Below, in pieces: positions 53,503 to 63,299 of a stretch of DNA of 64,000 bases. The stretch is from assembly GCA_050290185.1 (NCBI GenBank), contig JBNKHE010000006.1, positions 1 through 64,000 on the forward strand, given 5' to 3'. Position 1 is the first letter of the stretch, and the number at the start of each line of letters is the position of its first letter. Both the position numbers and the translations under genes were made by a program. The notes under the pieces were generated by a model. That model saw only the letters and a program-made list of their open reading frames with translations. It had not been told where the DNA came from and searched no databases. The stretch comes from Pontiella sp. GTDB lineage: Bacteria; Verrucomicrobiota; Kiritimatiellia; Kiritimatiellales; Pontiellaceae.

Positions 53503-55311
53503 ATGCAGAATAAACCTGTCATCCAGTTGCTGCCCGACCAGGTGATCAACAAGATTGCCGCCGGCGAGGTCGTTGAACGCCCTGCCTCCGTCATGAAGGA
53601 ATTGTTTGAAAACGCGCTGGATGCGGGCTCGACGCAAGTTGATGTTGAGGTGATTCGTGGCGGGCAGCAGTTGATTGCCGTGACTGATAATGGCTGCGGG
53701 ATGGATCATGATCAGGCCCTGCTCAGCATCGAACGGCACGCCACCAGCAAGATCCGCACGGAAGCGGACATTGAAAATATCCACACCCTTGGTTTCCGGG
53801 GCGAGGCATTGGCGGCCATTTCCTCCGTTTCGCGCTTCACGCTCATCACCCGCCCCAAGGAACAACTGGCCGGAACGGAAATCCAGATAGCGGGAGGCAA
53901 GATGCTCGGCGTCGAAGATATCGGCTGTCCGGTCGGCACGCGCATCGAAATCCGCAACCTGTTTTTCAACGTGCCTGCGCGGCGCAAATTCCTGCGGGCC
54001 GAGCAGACGGAACTGGCACATATCCGCCAGCTTTTTATTGTCCACGCGCTGGCTCATCCGGCGACCGGCATGAGCCTGAAGGTGGATGAACGCATGGTCT
54101 ATAACCTGCCTATGGCCGGAAACATGGAGGACCGGATTTCCGAACTCTACAGCGCCGGCTTCTTCGCACAGCTGTTACCGATCAATCATGTGGCAGACGG
54201 CTACACCATCACCGGTTACACCGGTCTTCCACAAACGGGACGGAAAGACCGGCAGGACCAATACCTGTTCGTCAACGGCCGGCCCGCCGCCGCTCCGGTG
54301 GTCTACCACGCCCTCAACGAAGCCTACCATTCGCTCATGGCCAAAGGGCGCTATCCCGCCGTCTTCCTTTTCATCGAGATGGAACCTTCGCTCGTCGATG
54401 TCAATGTCCACCCGACCAAGAAGGAGGTGCGCTTCCGCCACCCCAATTCCCTGCGCGATGTGATCATTGCATCTATAGGCAAGGCTCTGACGCCCCATGC
54501 CATTGACGGGTCTGTTGAGATGGAAGATGCCGAACCGATAGTGCTGCCCCCCCCTATGCCGGTTCGTCCGAAATTTGAAACCCAAAAACAGATGGATGAA
54601 TTACTGGTTCGTCCGGAGGCGGTGGAATCGCGAATTTCGAAAAAGGATCCCCGATCATCGCACGAAAATCCCGCCCCTCCCCCCGAGGCCTCCTCTCCCC
54701 CGCAATCCACGGAATCTTTAGCGAAAAGCCCGTGGGGCTGGTGCCGCATTATCGGGAAGATTGGCGGAAACTATATTGTGCTGGAAACCGAAGACGGGTA
54801 TGTGCTGATGGAACCCCGGGCCGCACACGAACGGGTGCTGTTCGAAAAGTTCATCCGGGCGGTACAGGAACATGCCGTTCAAAAACAAGGCCTGCTCGCT
54901 CCTGAAACGGTTGATCTGCTTCCCGGAGATGCCATGGTCGTCCGCGACCATCTCGAAATCCTGCAGGAACTGGGCTTTGGCCTTTCAGAATTTGGCGGCG
55001 ACACATTTATCATCGATGCCCTCCCGGTCTACGTGCAAGAGGGGCCGGCGGAATCGCTGTTGGTGGAAATCGCGCACGAACTGGAAAAAGCGGGCAAGCA
55101 GCGCGGCGAGCGGGAGATGGTCTGTGAACGAATCGCCCAGGCCGCATGCCAAACTGCGGTACGCACCAAGGATCAGCTATCCGGCCGGGAGATTGAAAAT
55201 CTGGTTGCGGACCTGGCCAAAACGGAAATGCCCTATACCTCACCGCGCGGAAGACCGACCTTGATCTATACGAGCTTTACCGAACTCGACCGGAAGTTCA
55301 ACCGGAACTAA
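53503..55311 (+). CDS. mutL: DNA mismatch repair protein MutL
   Basis: NKIAAGEVVERPAS, HATSKI, LGFRGEALA, FFNVPARRKF, VDVNVHPTKKEVRF. Confidence 0.97.
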   Translation: MQNKPVIQLLPDQVINKIAAGEVVERPASVMKELFENALDAGSTQVDVEVIRGGQQLIAVTDNGCGMDHDQALLSIERHATSKIRTEADIENIHTLGFRGEALAAISSVSRFTLITRPKEQLAGTEIQIAGGKMLGVEDIGCPVGTRIEIRNLFFNVPARRKFLRAEQTELAHIRQLFIVHALAHPATGMSLKVDERMVYNLPMAGNMEDRISELYSAGFFAQLLPINHVADGYTITGYTGLPQTGRKDRQDQYLFVNGRPAAAPVVYHALNEAYHSLMAKGRYPAVFLFIEMEPSLVDVNVHPTKKEVRFRHPNSLRDVIIASIGKALTPHAIDGSVEMEDAEPIVLPPPMPVRPKFETQKQMDELLVRPEAVESRISKKDPRSSHENPAPPPEASSPPQSTESLAKSPWGWCRIIGKIGGNYIVLETEDGYVLMEPRAAHERVLFEKFIRAVQEHAVQKQGLLAPETVDLLPGDAMVVRDHLEILQELGFGLSEFGGDTFIIDALPVYVQEGPAESLLVEIAHELEKAGKQRGEREMVCERIAQAACQTAVRTKDQLSGREIENLVADLAKTEMPYTSPRGRPTLIYTSFTELDRKFNRN

Positions 55312-55316
55312 CCGTT

Positions 55317-55910
55317 CTAGCCACGCATAAACCTGCGGAAGATCGAGGGTTTCCGACTGGCCGGGCGAGCTTCCTTGACGAGTTGCATGAAATGCGCGCG
55401 GGCCTTGTGGTAGCGCATGTTTTCTTCATCGCCAGCATTTTTGCGGTTTTCCATTTTCAGGTTTTCGAACGGTTCTTGTGCCAGCTTCAATGTATTCTCA
55501 ATTGAACGTACAATGTCGTTGGCCCGCCGCTGGTATTCTTCCGCCTGTAAGCCGGCTGAAGCCTGATTGACACCGAGAAAGCTGAAGGAGGATCCCTGCT
55601 CATTTACTACCATGCCTTTAAGGTTGATCATGGAGAGCACCGCCTTCACGTTGCCGGCCAGCAGATTAATAAAGGAACTGAATTGTTCGTCGTGCCCATT
55701 CCTACCGGCGTTCCGTATGGAAAAAAGGGCGTGCTTGCGGGCGGTCCGGAGCATAAAGAGGATCTCTTCATAGGCATCGGCATGCGACTTGCCATTTTGC
55801 ATCTGCTGCCGGGAGAATATCAGTTCTGCCGCTTTTTCAAAATAGACGTCTCGGCGAGCCAGATGAACAGGCCGGTTCAGTTCAAAATGATTTATCGGAG
55901 TCACACCCAA
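55317..55910 (-). CDS. Hypothetical, mostly helical protein
   Basis: Open frame filling the space convergent with mutL; no recognised motif; start uncertain. Confidence 0.55.
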   Translation of the reverse strand: MGVTPINHFELNRPVHLARRDVYFEKAAELIFSRQQMQNGKSHADAYEEILFMLRTARKHALFSIRNAGRNGHDEQFSSFINLLAGNVKAVLSMINLKGMVVNEQGSSFSFLGVNQASAGLQAEEYQRRANDIVRSIENTLKLAQEPFENLKMENRKNAGDEENMRYHKARAHFMQLVKEARPASRKPSIFRRFMRG

Positions 55911-55984
55911 AAGGTATCAACTACGTCAAAGGTTTCGAGCTTTTTAACACGGGATTTTAGGATACGGCCCGCTCACCATTCACC

Positions 55985-56233
55985 CTACCTGTAGCGGTCA
56001 TGCCAAAGATGGGTGAACCACATGCGGCCCGTTGAGATAATGACCAGCAAACCGGATACAACGATGGAGACTGCCAGAGCTAGATTGGCCCTGTTGTGAG
56101 CCGGAATATCACCGGGATCCCGATGTCCCTCAAAAAAGAAAGAAATGCCAAGTAACAGCACCACGGCGGCTGCGACAAGGGTTCCCCTCTGCGGTTTCAT
56201 TTTAAACATGGGAACTTTTCCGTGGGTATTCAT
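55985..56233 (-). CDS. Small hypothetical two-TM membrane protein
   Basis: Two hydrophobic segments; start uncertain. Confidence 0.5.
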   Translation of the reverse strand: MNTHGKVPMFKMKPQRGTLVAAAVVLLLGISFFFEGHRDPGDIPAHNRANLALAVSIVVSGLLVIISTGRMWFTHLWHDRYR

Positions 56234-56357
56234 AATCCCTTCCGCTATCATTTCTGAAGTGTTTTCAGCTTATTTCAAAGCTATGAAGAAGGCGATCATT
56301 ATTGCACCCGATATCTAGTAATTATTAATAGCAGACATCCATGGAGACCGAAACCCG

Positions 56358-58292
56358 CTAGGAATATTCCTTCAGGATGGCAAGGATATCTTCCTGGTGA
56401 ACCGGCTTCGAAAGATAGCCGTCCATCCCCTGCTCCAGGAATTTTTCGCGATCGCCCTTCATGGCGTGGGCCGTAATCGCAACAACCGGGATATGGGATT
56501 CGGAATCTTCCTGCGCACGAATCATCGCTGTGGCGCGCAACCCATCCATAATCGGCATCTGCACATCCATGAAAACAAGGTCATATCGAGGACGTTCCTC
56601 TACCGGAAGGGAGAGTTTCAGCATCGCCAGTGCCTCGCGACCATTCGCAGCAACATCGACACGGCACCCCAGCTTCTCCAACATTTTAGTGATCACCCGT
56701 TGGTTGAGTTTATTGTCCTCGGCCAGAAGAATATAGCGGTTAAACATCTCTCCCTTTATGTCTTGATGATCCCTCTGACTCTGTCTGGCAGATCCTGCCT
56801 CCATGTTTACGGTGACATTGAAGCTGAACTCCGCGCCCTTGCCCGGCTCACTGGTGACATAGAGGCGACCGCCCATGGTCTCTACCATTTTCTTTGAAAT
56901 GGACAACCCCAACCCGGTTCCGCCGAACTCGCGTGTGTGGGACCCATCGGCCTGCGTGAACTCCTGGAATATCACTTCCTGCGCTTCTTGGGAGATCCCG
57001 ATCCCCGTGTCGATGACACGGAAGCATAGCGTACATTCGTTCCCTGTCATGCCCAGGCAGCGGACGCCGACTTCCACATGGCCTTTCTGGGTGAACTTTA
57101 CGGCGTTGGCCATGAGATTGATCAAGATCTGCCGGAGGCTGCCCTCGTCCGCACGGACCAAGGGGAGGTTGTCCGGGCAGTCAACCTTCAGATCCAGTCC
57201 CTTGCTTTTGACGGAAGGAGAAAAGAAGGTATCCAGCTCATTCAGCATTTTGGACAGATCCACCGTATCAATATTGAGGTTGAACTTGCCCATTTCTATG
57301 CGCGACAGATCGAGAATGTTATTGATGATCTTCAGGAGATTCTCGGCGGAAGCGGAGATCGTGTTGATGTAATCGCGTTGTTCTTCTGTCAGTTCCGTAT
57401 CCATCACGAGCTGGCTCATGCCGAGTACGCCGTTCATGGGCGTTCGGATTTCATGACTCATGTTGGCAAGAAACTCGCTCTTGGTGCGGCTGGCCTTTTC
57501 GGCATCATCCTTTGCGACCTTCAATTGCATGGAAAGTCGGTCCTGCTGATTTCGCCGGTGCGCCAGTTCGTCAACCGTTTCATTAACACCACGGCCCAAC
57601 TGCCCCAACTCGTCCTTGGATTTTATCTGGGATACGCGCACCTCCAGATCGCCCTGCTTCACCGCGTTCAGGCAGTTCAGGACGTCACGCAACCGCGGGG
57701 TCGTCAGGTGATGCACCAGCAGGGCGCCCACCGCAGTGATGAGAATTATACAGACCAGAGAGGCCGCTAGAACCCACATCGAATATACATGCTTTCTGGT
57801 AATGGCATGGCCCATTCCCATCTTCATGTGAAAATTGCCCAGCCAGTTTCCCTCAGAATAGAGCGGCGTGGAAACCAGCAGGTACGGATCTCCTGCTTCG
57901 TGTATCTGCGAGACCGTCGAATTGTCTTCGTTAAAATGAATCTCCTTCGCCTCCTCGTGCGGCCCAAGAATATCTGTGATATCATCCCCTTCGAGCTCGG
58001 GAGCACTGCAGAAATAAATGGTTTGATCCGGCTGGGTCACGGCCGCAAAAAGAACGTCCTCTCCCACCAGCCGCGACAGGGCGTTTCTATCGCGGACTAT
58101 CGAGTAGGGAATATGCTGTTGCATCATGAGCCGCCCGGGAATCTGAGCCTTCAGGAACAGCCCTTTATCGATTTCCCGTGCAAAGTTGAATGCCAGGATA
58201 TTTTCAAGGCAGGCAAGCAGGATCGCGGTAATCAGGAAAGTACCCAGCCCGATTTTGAATGCCAAGGAGTAAAAATCCTTTCTCATACCCAT
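56358..58292 (-). CDS. Hybrid sensor histidine kinase (TM-periplasmic sensor-TM-HAMP-HisKA-HATPase-REC)
   Basis: [45 protein letters not shown]. Confidence 0.95.
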   Translation of the reverse strand: MGMRKDFYSLAFKIGLGTFLITAILLACLENILAFNFAREIDKGLFLKAQIPGRLMMQQHIPYSIVRDRNALSRLVGEDVLFAAVTQPDQTIYFCSAPELEGDDITDILGPHEEAKEIHFNEDNSTVSQIHEAGDPYLLVSTPLYSEGNWLGNFHMKMGMGHAITRKHVYSMWVLAASLVCIILITAVGALLVHHLTTPRLRDVLNCLNAVKQGDLEVRVSQIKSKDELGQLGRGVNETVDELAHRRNQQDRLSMQLKVAKDDAEKASRTKSEFLANMSHEIRTPMNGVLGMSQLVMDTELTEEQRDYINTISASAENLLKIINNILDLSRIEMGKFNLNIDTVDLSKMLNELDTFFSPSVKSKGLDLKVDCPDNLPLVRADEGSLRQILINLMANAVKFTQKGHVEVGVRCLGMTGNECTLCFRVIDTGIGISQEAQEVIFQEFTQADGSHTREFGGTGLGLSISKKMVETMGGRLYVTSEPGKGAEFSFNVTVNMEAGSARQSQRDHQDIKGEMFNRYILLAEDNKLNQRVITKMLEKLGCRVDVAANGREALAMLKLSLPVEERPRYDLVFMDVQMPIMDGLRATAMIRAQEDSESHIPVVAITAHAMKGDREKFLEQGMDGYLSKPVHQEDILAILKEYS

Positions 58293-58297
58293 TCCTT

Positions 58298-59701
58298 TTA
58301 TTGCCTTTCTTCTGCCGGAGAAGGCCCGTCATATAAACGCGCCAGAGTATCAAACAGCAAATCCTGATCCACAATCAGCTGCCTGGTTTGCGGATCTTCA
58401 TAGAACATACGCGGGTCCAGCTGCGGAACCCTCCCCTCGGAGGTAAGCCGCTGCTGATAATCCGCATAAACATCCCGGCCAAACCTGGGATCATAAAGAT
58501 TTCCCTTCAGTCCTGTTGGGCACTTGGTATACCGGACCCATCGTTCAGCAATGCTCGGACGGATCCAGTATTTCATCAACTCAATACCTTCGTCCCGTCC
58601 CGGCGCATTCTTGAGGACGGCCCATGTCGGCATATATCCCCCAATCACATGGCGCCCCCCATCGGCAAATTCCGGCATATGCGCAAGCCGCAGCTTCTTC
58701 AACCCCTCCGGATCGATCTTTTCAAATGCGCAATAGCGCCAGGTTGCATCGGAAAAAAACAACACCTTCCCGTCCATTAGAGCATGGGCAGCATCATTCC
58801 AAGAGTCAGCGGTCAACATCGGTGCGGGCGGCCTCACGTTCCCCATTTCCTGAAGAAAGGCGATACTCCGCGCGGCCGCCGACTCCAAGGCATCTCCATC
58901 GGGGCGGGAAACACCATCATGCCAGGCCGACAACAGAAGGCTGTAGAAGAGACGGAAGAGCGATCCGGTTCCTTTAAAATCAACAAATGCCGAAACCGGC
59001 TCAGAGGTCTGCTGGTTGTAGGTATGGAGCTGCTTCATATAGCCCAACAAATCCTCCGCGGTCATCCCGTCTTCCCGGATCGAAATACCTAGGCGATCAG
59101 CCAGGTCCTTGTTGTACCAAAGCGCGTAGTAGAATCCCTCGATATACGCCCCCGTAAAAACCCCTCCAGTATGCTTATGCGCATCCGGCCCCTCTACCAG
59201 AGACGGCTTGTGGCACTCGCGAAAACCATCAATTTCGGAAAAGTCCACCAAATACTTGCTCCCCCAGTTCCAGTCATCCAGTTCCTGGGAAACATAATAG
59301 TAAATCAGCGGATCGAGCCAGATGACATCCCATTCAAGGTTCCCCGAACGGATCATTTCGGCGATATAGATCCCCGCCGCGCGCTGGCTGTTTTCCGGAA
59401 GGATATCCGCCGCAAACTCCAACTCGACATCGACTTGAGGATGCGTGAACGCAAACTCTTCCAACACTTCGCGGACCAGCTGTTCGCGTCGCCCTTCACC
59501 TTTCCAGTGCCCCATCCAACGCAAGGATTTATGCGGAGACTCCTCACTGGCAGCCCCAGCATCCTGCCTGGCGGCATCATTTTCAGCGAAAGACTCGGGC
59601 TCCTGCCGGGAGCAGGCACTCAGCAGCAATAGCAATGCGCCAAGACAACACAGGAGTTTACCCCCGTTCCATAACCCACCACCTATAGACCTCGAATACA
59701 T
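58298..59701 (-). CDS. Extracellular solute-binding lipoprotein (family 1-like)
   Basis: LLLLSAC lipobox, [32 protein letters not shown]. Confidence 0.75.
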   Translation of the reverse strand: MYSRSIGGGLWNGGKLLCCLGALLLLLSACSRQEPESFAENDAARQDAGAASEESPHKSLRWMGHWKGEGRREQLVREVLEEFAFTHPQVDVELEFAADILPENSQRAAGIYIAEMIRSGNLEWDVIWLDPLIYYYVSQELDDWNWGSKYLVDFSEIDGFRECHKPSLVEGPDAHKHTGGVFTGAYIEGFYYALWYNKDLADRLGISIREDGMTAEDLLGYMKQLHTYNQQTSEPVSAFVDFKGTGSLFRLFYSLLLSAWHDGVSRPDGDALESAAARSIAFLQEMGNVRPPAPMLTADSWNDAAHALMDGKVLFFSDATWRYCAFEKIDPEGLKKLRLAHMPEFADGGRHVIGGYMPTWAVLKNAPGRDEGIELMKYWIRPSIAERWVRYTKCPTGLKGNLYDPRFGRDVYADYQQRLTSEGRVPQLDPRMFYEDPQTRQLIVDQDLLFDTLARLYDGPSPAEERQ

Positions 59702-59883
59702 CGCTTTGAGATTAGGTAAAGAGCCTCGGCACAACAACACACAATCTGCGTTATTTCCTTATCGTTATAAAACCGCCTCCACCTGACCGCGCCCTCTCCA
59801 CGGCCCTCGTATCTAGCCGTTCCAAGCTCGACAAAATCTCGGACGGCAGGTAGATTACAAGCGAAGAGAAGGAGGTGATTGCA

Positions 59884-60288
59884 ATGATCTCGGCAAAACA
59901 TTGTAAAGAGGTCTCCGTCAGGGTTCTGAACGATATCGGCATCCTTGCCCAACTGACCAAAATCGTGGCCGACAAGGGCGTGAATATCTGCGCCGCGGCC
60001 GCATGGGTGGAAAACGACAACCAAGGAGTTGTACGGCTGATAACCGACGACAACCTCAGGGCAACGGATGCCTTGCGCGCCCATAACTATTCCCCCACGG
60101 AAATCGATTCGGTCGCAGTGATGATGCATCACTCGCCCGGAATGCTTAGCAGCATCTGCGAGAGACTGAGCAACAGCGGCATCAACATAAAATACCTTTA
60201 TGCCAGTGCTCCGGTTTCGGAAGAAACTTGCCTGACAATCCTTTCGACCGACAATAACGAGCGGGCTCTCGTGCTGCTGAACGATTAG
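59884..60288 (+). CDS. Tandem ACT-domain protein
   Basis: NDIGILAQL...GVNI and HSPGML...GINIKYLY. Confidence 0.85.
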   Translation: MISAKHCKEVSVRVLNDIGILAQLTKIVADKGVNICAAAAWVENDNQGVVRLITDDNLRATDALRAHNYSPTEIDSVAVMMHHSPGMLSSICERLSNSGINIKYLYASAPVSEETCLTILSTDNNERALVLLND

Positions 60289-60383
60289 TAAAGCGCATCC
60301 GGAACCAGAAATAGCTGGATAAAAGGCGTCAACCGCGGGAAATCAGGTTCCCTGCCCTAACTGTAGGAGGATGTCATACCACC

Positions 60384-60758
60384 CTATTCCCTACAGAAAG
60401 CGGCCAAGTGCTCGGGACGCATATGTTCCGGATTCCATGGTCGCTCTTCCGCTATATGCCTCCAGTGTTCTGCAAGCAGATAGACTTGTGCAACAGCATC
60501 GCCGACCTGTACTTCCACACGGTCATACGCTTCGCCCTCGAACCGGTCGAGATGCCGGAAATCGGCATCGGTCAGTCCCGTGTAGAGAATGCCCTCCACA
60601 TCTTCCCGCTCCGCAGGAACAATGGCCGGATAGAGTTCACCCGTGACGCGCAGCCGCAAATAGCCATGAAGGGTTGCAGGAACTCCTTCCATACAACGCC
60701 CAATTACGACCTCCAGCACCTCCGGCCACATCAGTGTTCCATAGGCGAGTAGGTTCAT
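60384..60758 (-). CDS. Gamma-glutamylcyclotransferase (AIG2-like) family protein
   Basis: LAYGTLM, YPAIV, LDRFEG. Confidence 0.85.
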   Translation of the reverse strand: MNLLAYGTLMWPEVLEVVIGRCMEGVPATLHGYLRLRVTGELYPAIVPAEREDVEGILYTGLTDADFRHLDRFEGEAYDRVEVQVGDAVAQVYLLAEHWRHIAEERPWNPEHMRPEHLAAFCRE

Positions 60759-60808
60759 TCCGATATTTTCCGTGTATTCGTTCTCATTCGCGGTTAACAA
60801 TCGTCCCG

Positions 60809-61192
60809 ATGAAACGAGTGGAAATCCAGCCAGATTTTTGGAAATACGACCTCCCGGACGGCTTCGAAGCCCTGGCCGGAAAAACGGATGCCGACAACGA
60901 TCTGCTCAGTCTGAAGGTCGCGGCCCCCAACGATCTATGGTTCCATGCCCGGAGTCTTCCCGGCAGCCATGTAATCCTGCGCCACCCCGACGGCGAAACC
61001 CCGGACAACGCCACCATCAAACTCGCCGCATCCATTGCCGCATGGCACTCGAAAGCACGCCATGCCGGAATAATACCCGTCTGCTATACCGAAGCCAAAC
61101 ACGTTGGGAAACCACGTGGTGCCAAGCCTGGCAGCGTAACGATCAAGCGCGAAAAAGTCGTCAAGGTACGCCCGGCCCTGCCTGTAGTTTAG
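60809..61192 (+). CDS. Stand-alone NFACT RNA-binding domain (DUF814) protein
   Basis: GK...ND.L, DLWFHA..PGSHVIL, AAWHSKA, KPRGAKPG. Confidence 0.88.
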   Translation: MKRVEIQPDFWKYDLPDGFEALAGKTDADNDLLSLKVAAPNDLWFHARSLPGSHVILRHPDGETPDNATIKLAASIAAWHSKARHAGIIPVCYTEAKHVGKPRGAKPGSVTIKREKVVKVRPALPVV

Positions 61193-61297
61193 TCAAATTC
61201 CGGCAGAAGGGATGGACCAAGAAAATGCCAATGCCTGGAATTCATCCGGGGTATCCAATTACTGATTTCCGCTGAACCAGCGGCGGAAAGCCCCGGG

Positions 61298-61510
61298 CGG
61301 GAACCACAATGCCACCTGCGGTGTTACGCAAAATGTGTAATTGAATCCCAACGTGCATGGAATTCCTGCCTCGTCCGAATTTACATCCTGCATATGGTGG
61401 ATATGCGGCCTTTAGGTGCGTTCCCGGCAACCCCCGTTCGCTAAAAGTTGAAGATGAAACTTTCAATACCCTCTCTATCCGCTATTCCATGTTTCCGGAT
61501 TTGGAGAGGG
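61298..61510 (+). promoter_or_regulatory. Candidate structured 5' leader with an SD-sequestering hairpin upstream of the AEC transporter
   Basis: Nested stems plus CCCTCTCTATCCG pairing with CGGATTTGGAGAGGG over the SD. Confidence 0.35.
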
Positions 61511-61514
61511 ATGC

Positions 61515-62471
61515 ATGGATTACGTTTTACAGGTTTTATTCATTCTCGTACTGATGGCGATCGGTTTCATTGCCCGGAAACGCGGGGTGGTGAGCGCGGT
61601 AGGTACCAGCGAAATGGTACGGGTGCTGATTGCCATCATCTATCCCTGCCTGATTTTTTCCTCGGTAACCCGCCTCAACGCGCGGGAGCTGGGGGCCAAC
61701 TGGATCATGCCGGTCATGGCCATGGCGATTGCCGGAACAGGACTGTTGCTGGGCCTGATTGCCCTGCGCTGGATGAGGAATGTCGACCATCAGCGGGCCA
61801 GTGCCTTCCTGTTTCAAAACACGATCAACAACTATCTGTTCCTGCCGTTGCCCCTCGTCATGCTGCTCTGGAAGGAAGAAGGCGTAGCCCTATTGGTGTT
61901 TGCTTCGATGGGCTTCGAGTTGACGGTCTGGACCGTCGGAGTGTTCCTGTTCAATCGCACCAGTAAGCTGTCGGAGGGCATCCGTATGATGTTCGGGCCG
62001 CCGTTGATGGCGCTGATCTTTTCCATCGGCTGGGTCTGCTTACGAGATCTCGTCCATCCGGAACTGCCGGCTTCCGGCTTCTTTCCCGATCTGATGCGCC
62101 GCCTGCTGGATCTCTTTTCTTTCGGGGCCGGCACCATCGGCAAAGCGACCGTTGCCGTCTCAATGATCATTTCGGGAAGCCGCATTGCGGCGCTCGATGT
62201 CAAGGCGGCATTCGATCCGCATGTATGGGTCGTCTCGGCCATGAGACTGGTGATCACGCCGGTGATTTTTATCCTGTTGCTCCAACTGATCCCGATGGAT
62301 GAAATGGCCTATGGAATTCTCTGCGTTGTAGCAGTCATGCCGGCAGCAGTGGCCAGCCTGGTCTTCAGCGAACGTTTTGGCGGCGATTCGGACTTTATTG
62401 CCAGCACCCTGCTGATCACGCATCTTGCGGCCGTGGTGACCATCCCCTTATTGCTGGCCTGGGCGCTTTAG
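61515..62471 (+). CDS. AEC (auxin efflux carrier) family transporter
   Basis: IYPCLIFSS, N..YL.LPL, WTVG, PPLMA, RLVITP, MPAA, STLLITH. Confidence 0.9.
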   Translation: MDYVLQVLFILVLMAIGFIARKRGVVSAVGTSEMVRVLIAIIYPCLIFSSVTRLNARELGANWIMPVMAMAIAGTGLLLGLIALRWMRNVDHQRASAFLFQNTINNYLFLPLPLVMLLWKEEGVALLVFASMGFELTVWTVGVFLFNRTSKLSEGIRMMFGPPLMALIFSIGWVCLRDLVHPELPASGFFPDLMRRLLDLFSFGAGTIGKATVAVSMIISGSRIAALDVKAAFDPHVWVVSAMRLVITPVIFILLLQLIPMDEMAYGILCVVAVMPAAVASLVFSERFGGDSDFIASTLLITHLAAVVTIPLLLAWAL

Positions 62472-62477
62472 CCGCTC

Positions 62478-63050
62478 CTAGTTCAACTCCACGACCCCTG
62501 CGTCGTCCTGATCGAGCAGTTTGTTTTTCCATTCGCGGGTCTTATCTGTAATAATAGGTCGCGAAAGGTGGGGCCGTATTCGGGGGACCAGTTGGTGAAC
62601 CACAAACCGGCCGGTGTAGGACTTAAGCCGAAAGTTTTCCTCTATTCGCTGGGGGCCGAGCATTACGATAAAAATCATAACCAGCAAAGCCGCCAACCCC
62701 CCGCGAACTGCTCCCAGAACCAAACCAAAAACGTGGTCTGAACGCTCCGAGATCTGCGACTTCATCAGACTCGCAAGTATTTTAGTGAGCCCTATGAATA
62801 CAAAGAAGGAAAGCACAACCAATCCCGCCATGAGCAGCCACATGATGACCTCTTCATCAATGCTTCGGAAAACCCGCCCGAGAAAGCCATAGATGTAGGG
62901 ATAGGCAAAAAACAGCAGTATGCCCAGAATCAGGAAGGTCAGGACATACGCCACCTGACCGGCAAAACCCTTTTGGAAGCCTCCCCACGCAAAAAGCAGG
63001 ACAGCCAGCACAAAGGCAAGATCGATAAAGCTAAGCCAGTTTGGAATCAT
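62478..63050 (-). CDS. cvpA: CvpA (colicin V production) family protein
   Basis: IDLAF...GFQKGF, DHVFGLVLGAVRG. Confidence 0.75.
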   Translation of the reverse strand: MIPNWLSFIDLAFVLAVLLFAWGGFQKGFAGQVAYVLTFLILGILLFFAYPYIYGFLGRVFRSIDEEVIMWLLMAGLVVLSFFVFIGLTKILASLMKSQISERSDHVFGLVLGAVRGGLAALLVMIFIVMLGPQRIEENFRLKSYTGRFVVHQLVPRIRPHLSRPIITDKTREWKNKLLDQDDAGVVELN

Positions 63051-63181
63051 TTTAATCCCCGGTTGTTATGAATAAAGTATGCCCCCTATAGTAAGCAATT
63101 TGGAAGCCACATTGTGCACTAACATACGCGTCCCAGCTATTTTTCCGGGAACGGTAAAAAACAGGCCTAAAATTCCATAAA

Positions 63182-63197
63182 CCACAATATATTGTGC
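63182..63197. promoter_or_regulatory. NrdR box
   Basis: CCACAATATATTGTGC: perfect 14-bp core palindrome matching acaCwAtATaTwGtgt, upstream of a ribonucleotide reductase. Confidence 0.85.
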
Positions 63198-63204
63198 CTC
63201 ATTC

Positions 63205-63234
63205 TTGACAGCAACACATTAGATAGAATAGCTT
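63205..63234 (+). promoter_or_regulatory. Putative sigma70 promoter overlapping a second, degenerate NrdR box (63214-63229)
   Basis: TTGACA-N18-TAGCTT; ACACATTAGATAGAAT starts 32 bp after the first box. Confidence 0.5.
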
Positions 63235-63299
63235 TCACAATTGCATGACAGCAAGGAAGTTGCTTATCGCATAAACCATTGATGCAAAGGGGGAAGACC

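Noticed and set aside
61270..61440. RNase P RNA (GGAAAG-CCCCGGGC) or 6S RNA (CCTGCGGTGT)
   Set aside because: Only short motif resemblance; too short for RNase P and lacks its 3' consensus; the fold is branched rather than a 6S-like rod. Kept only as an unclassified structured element
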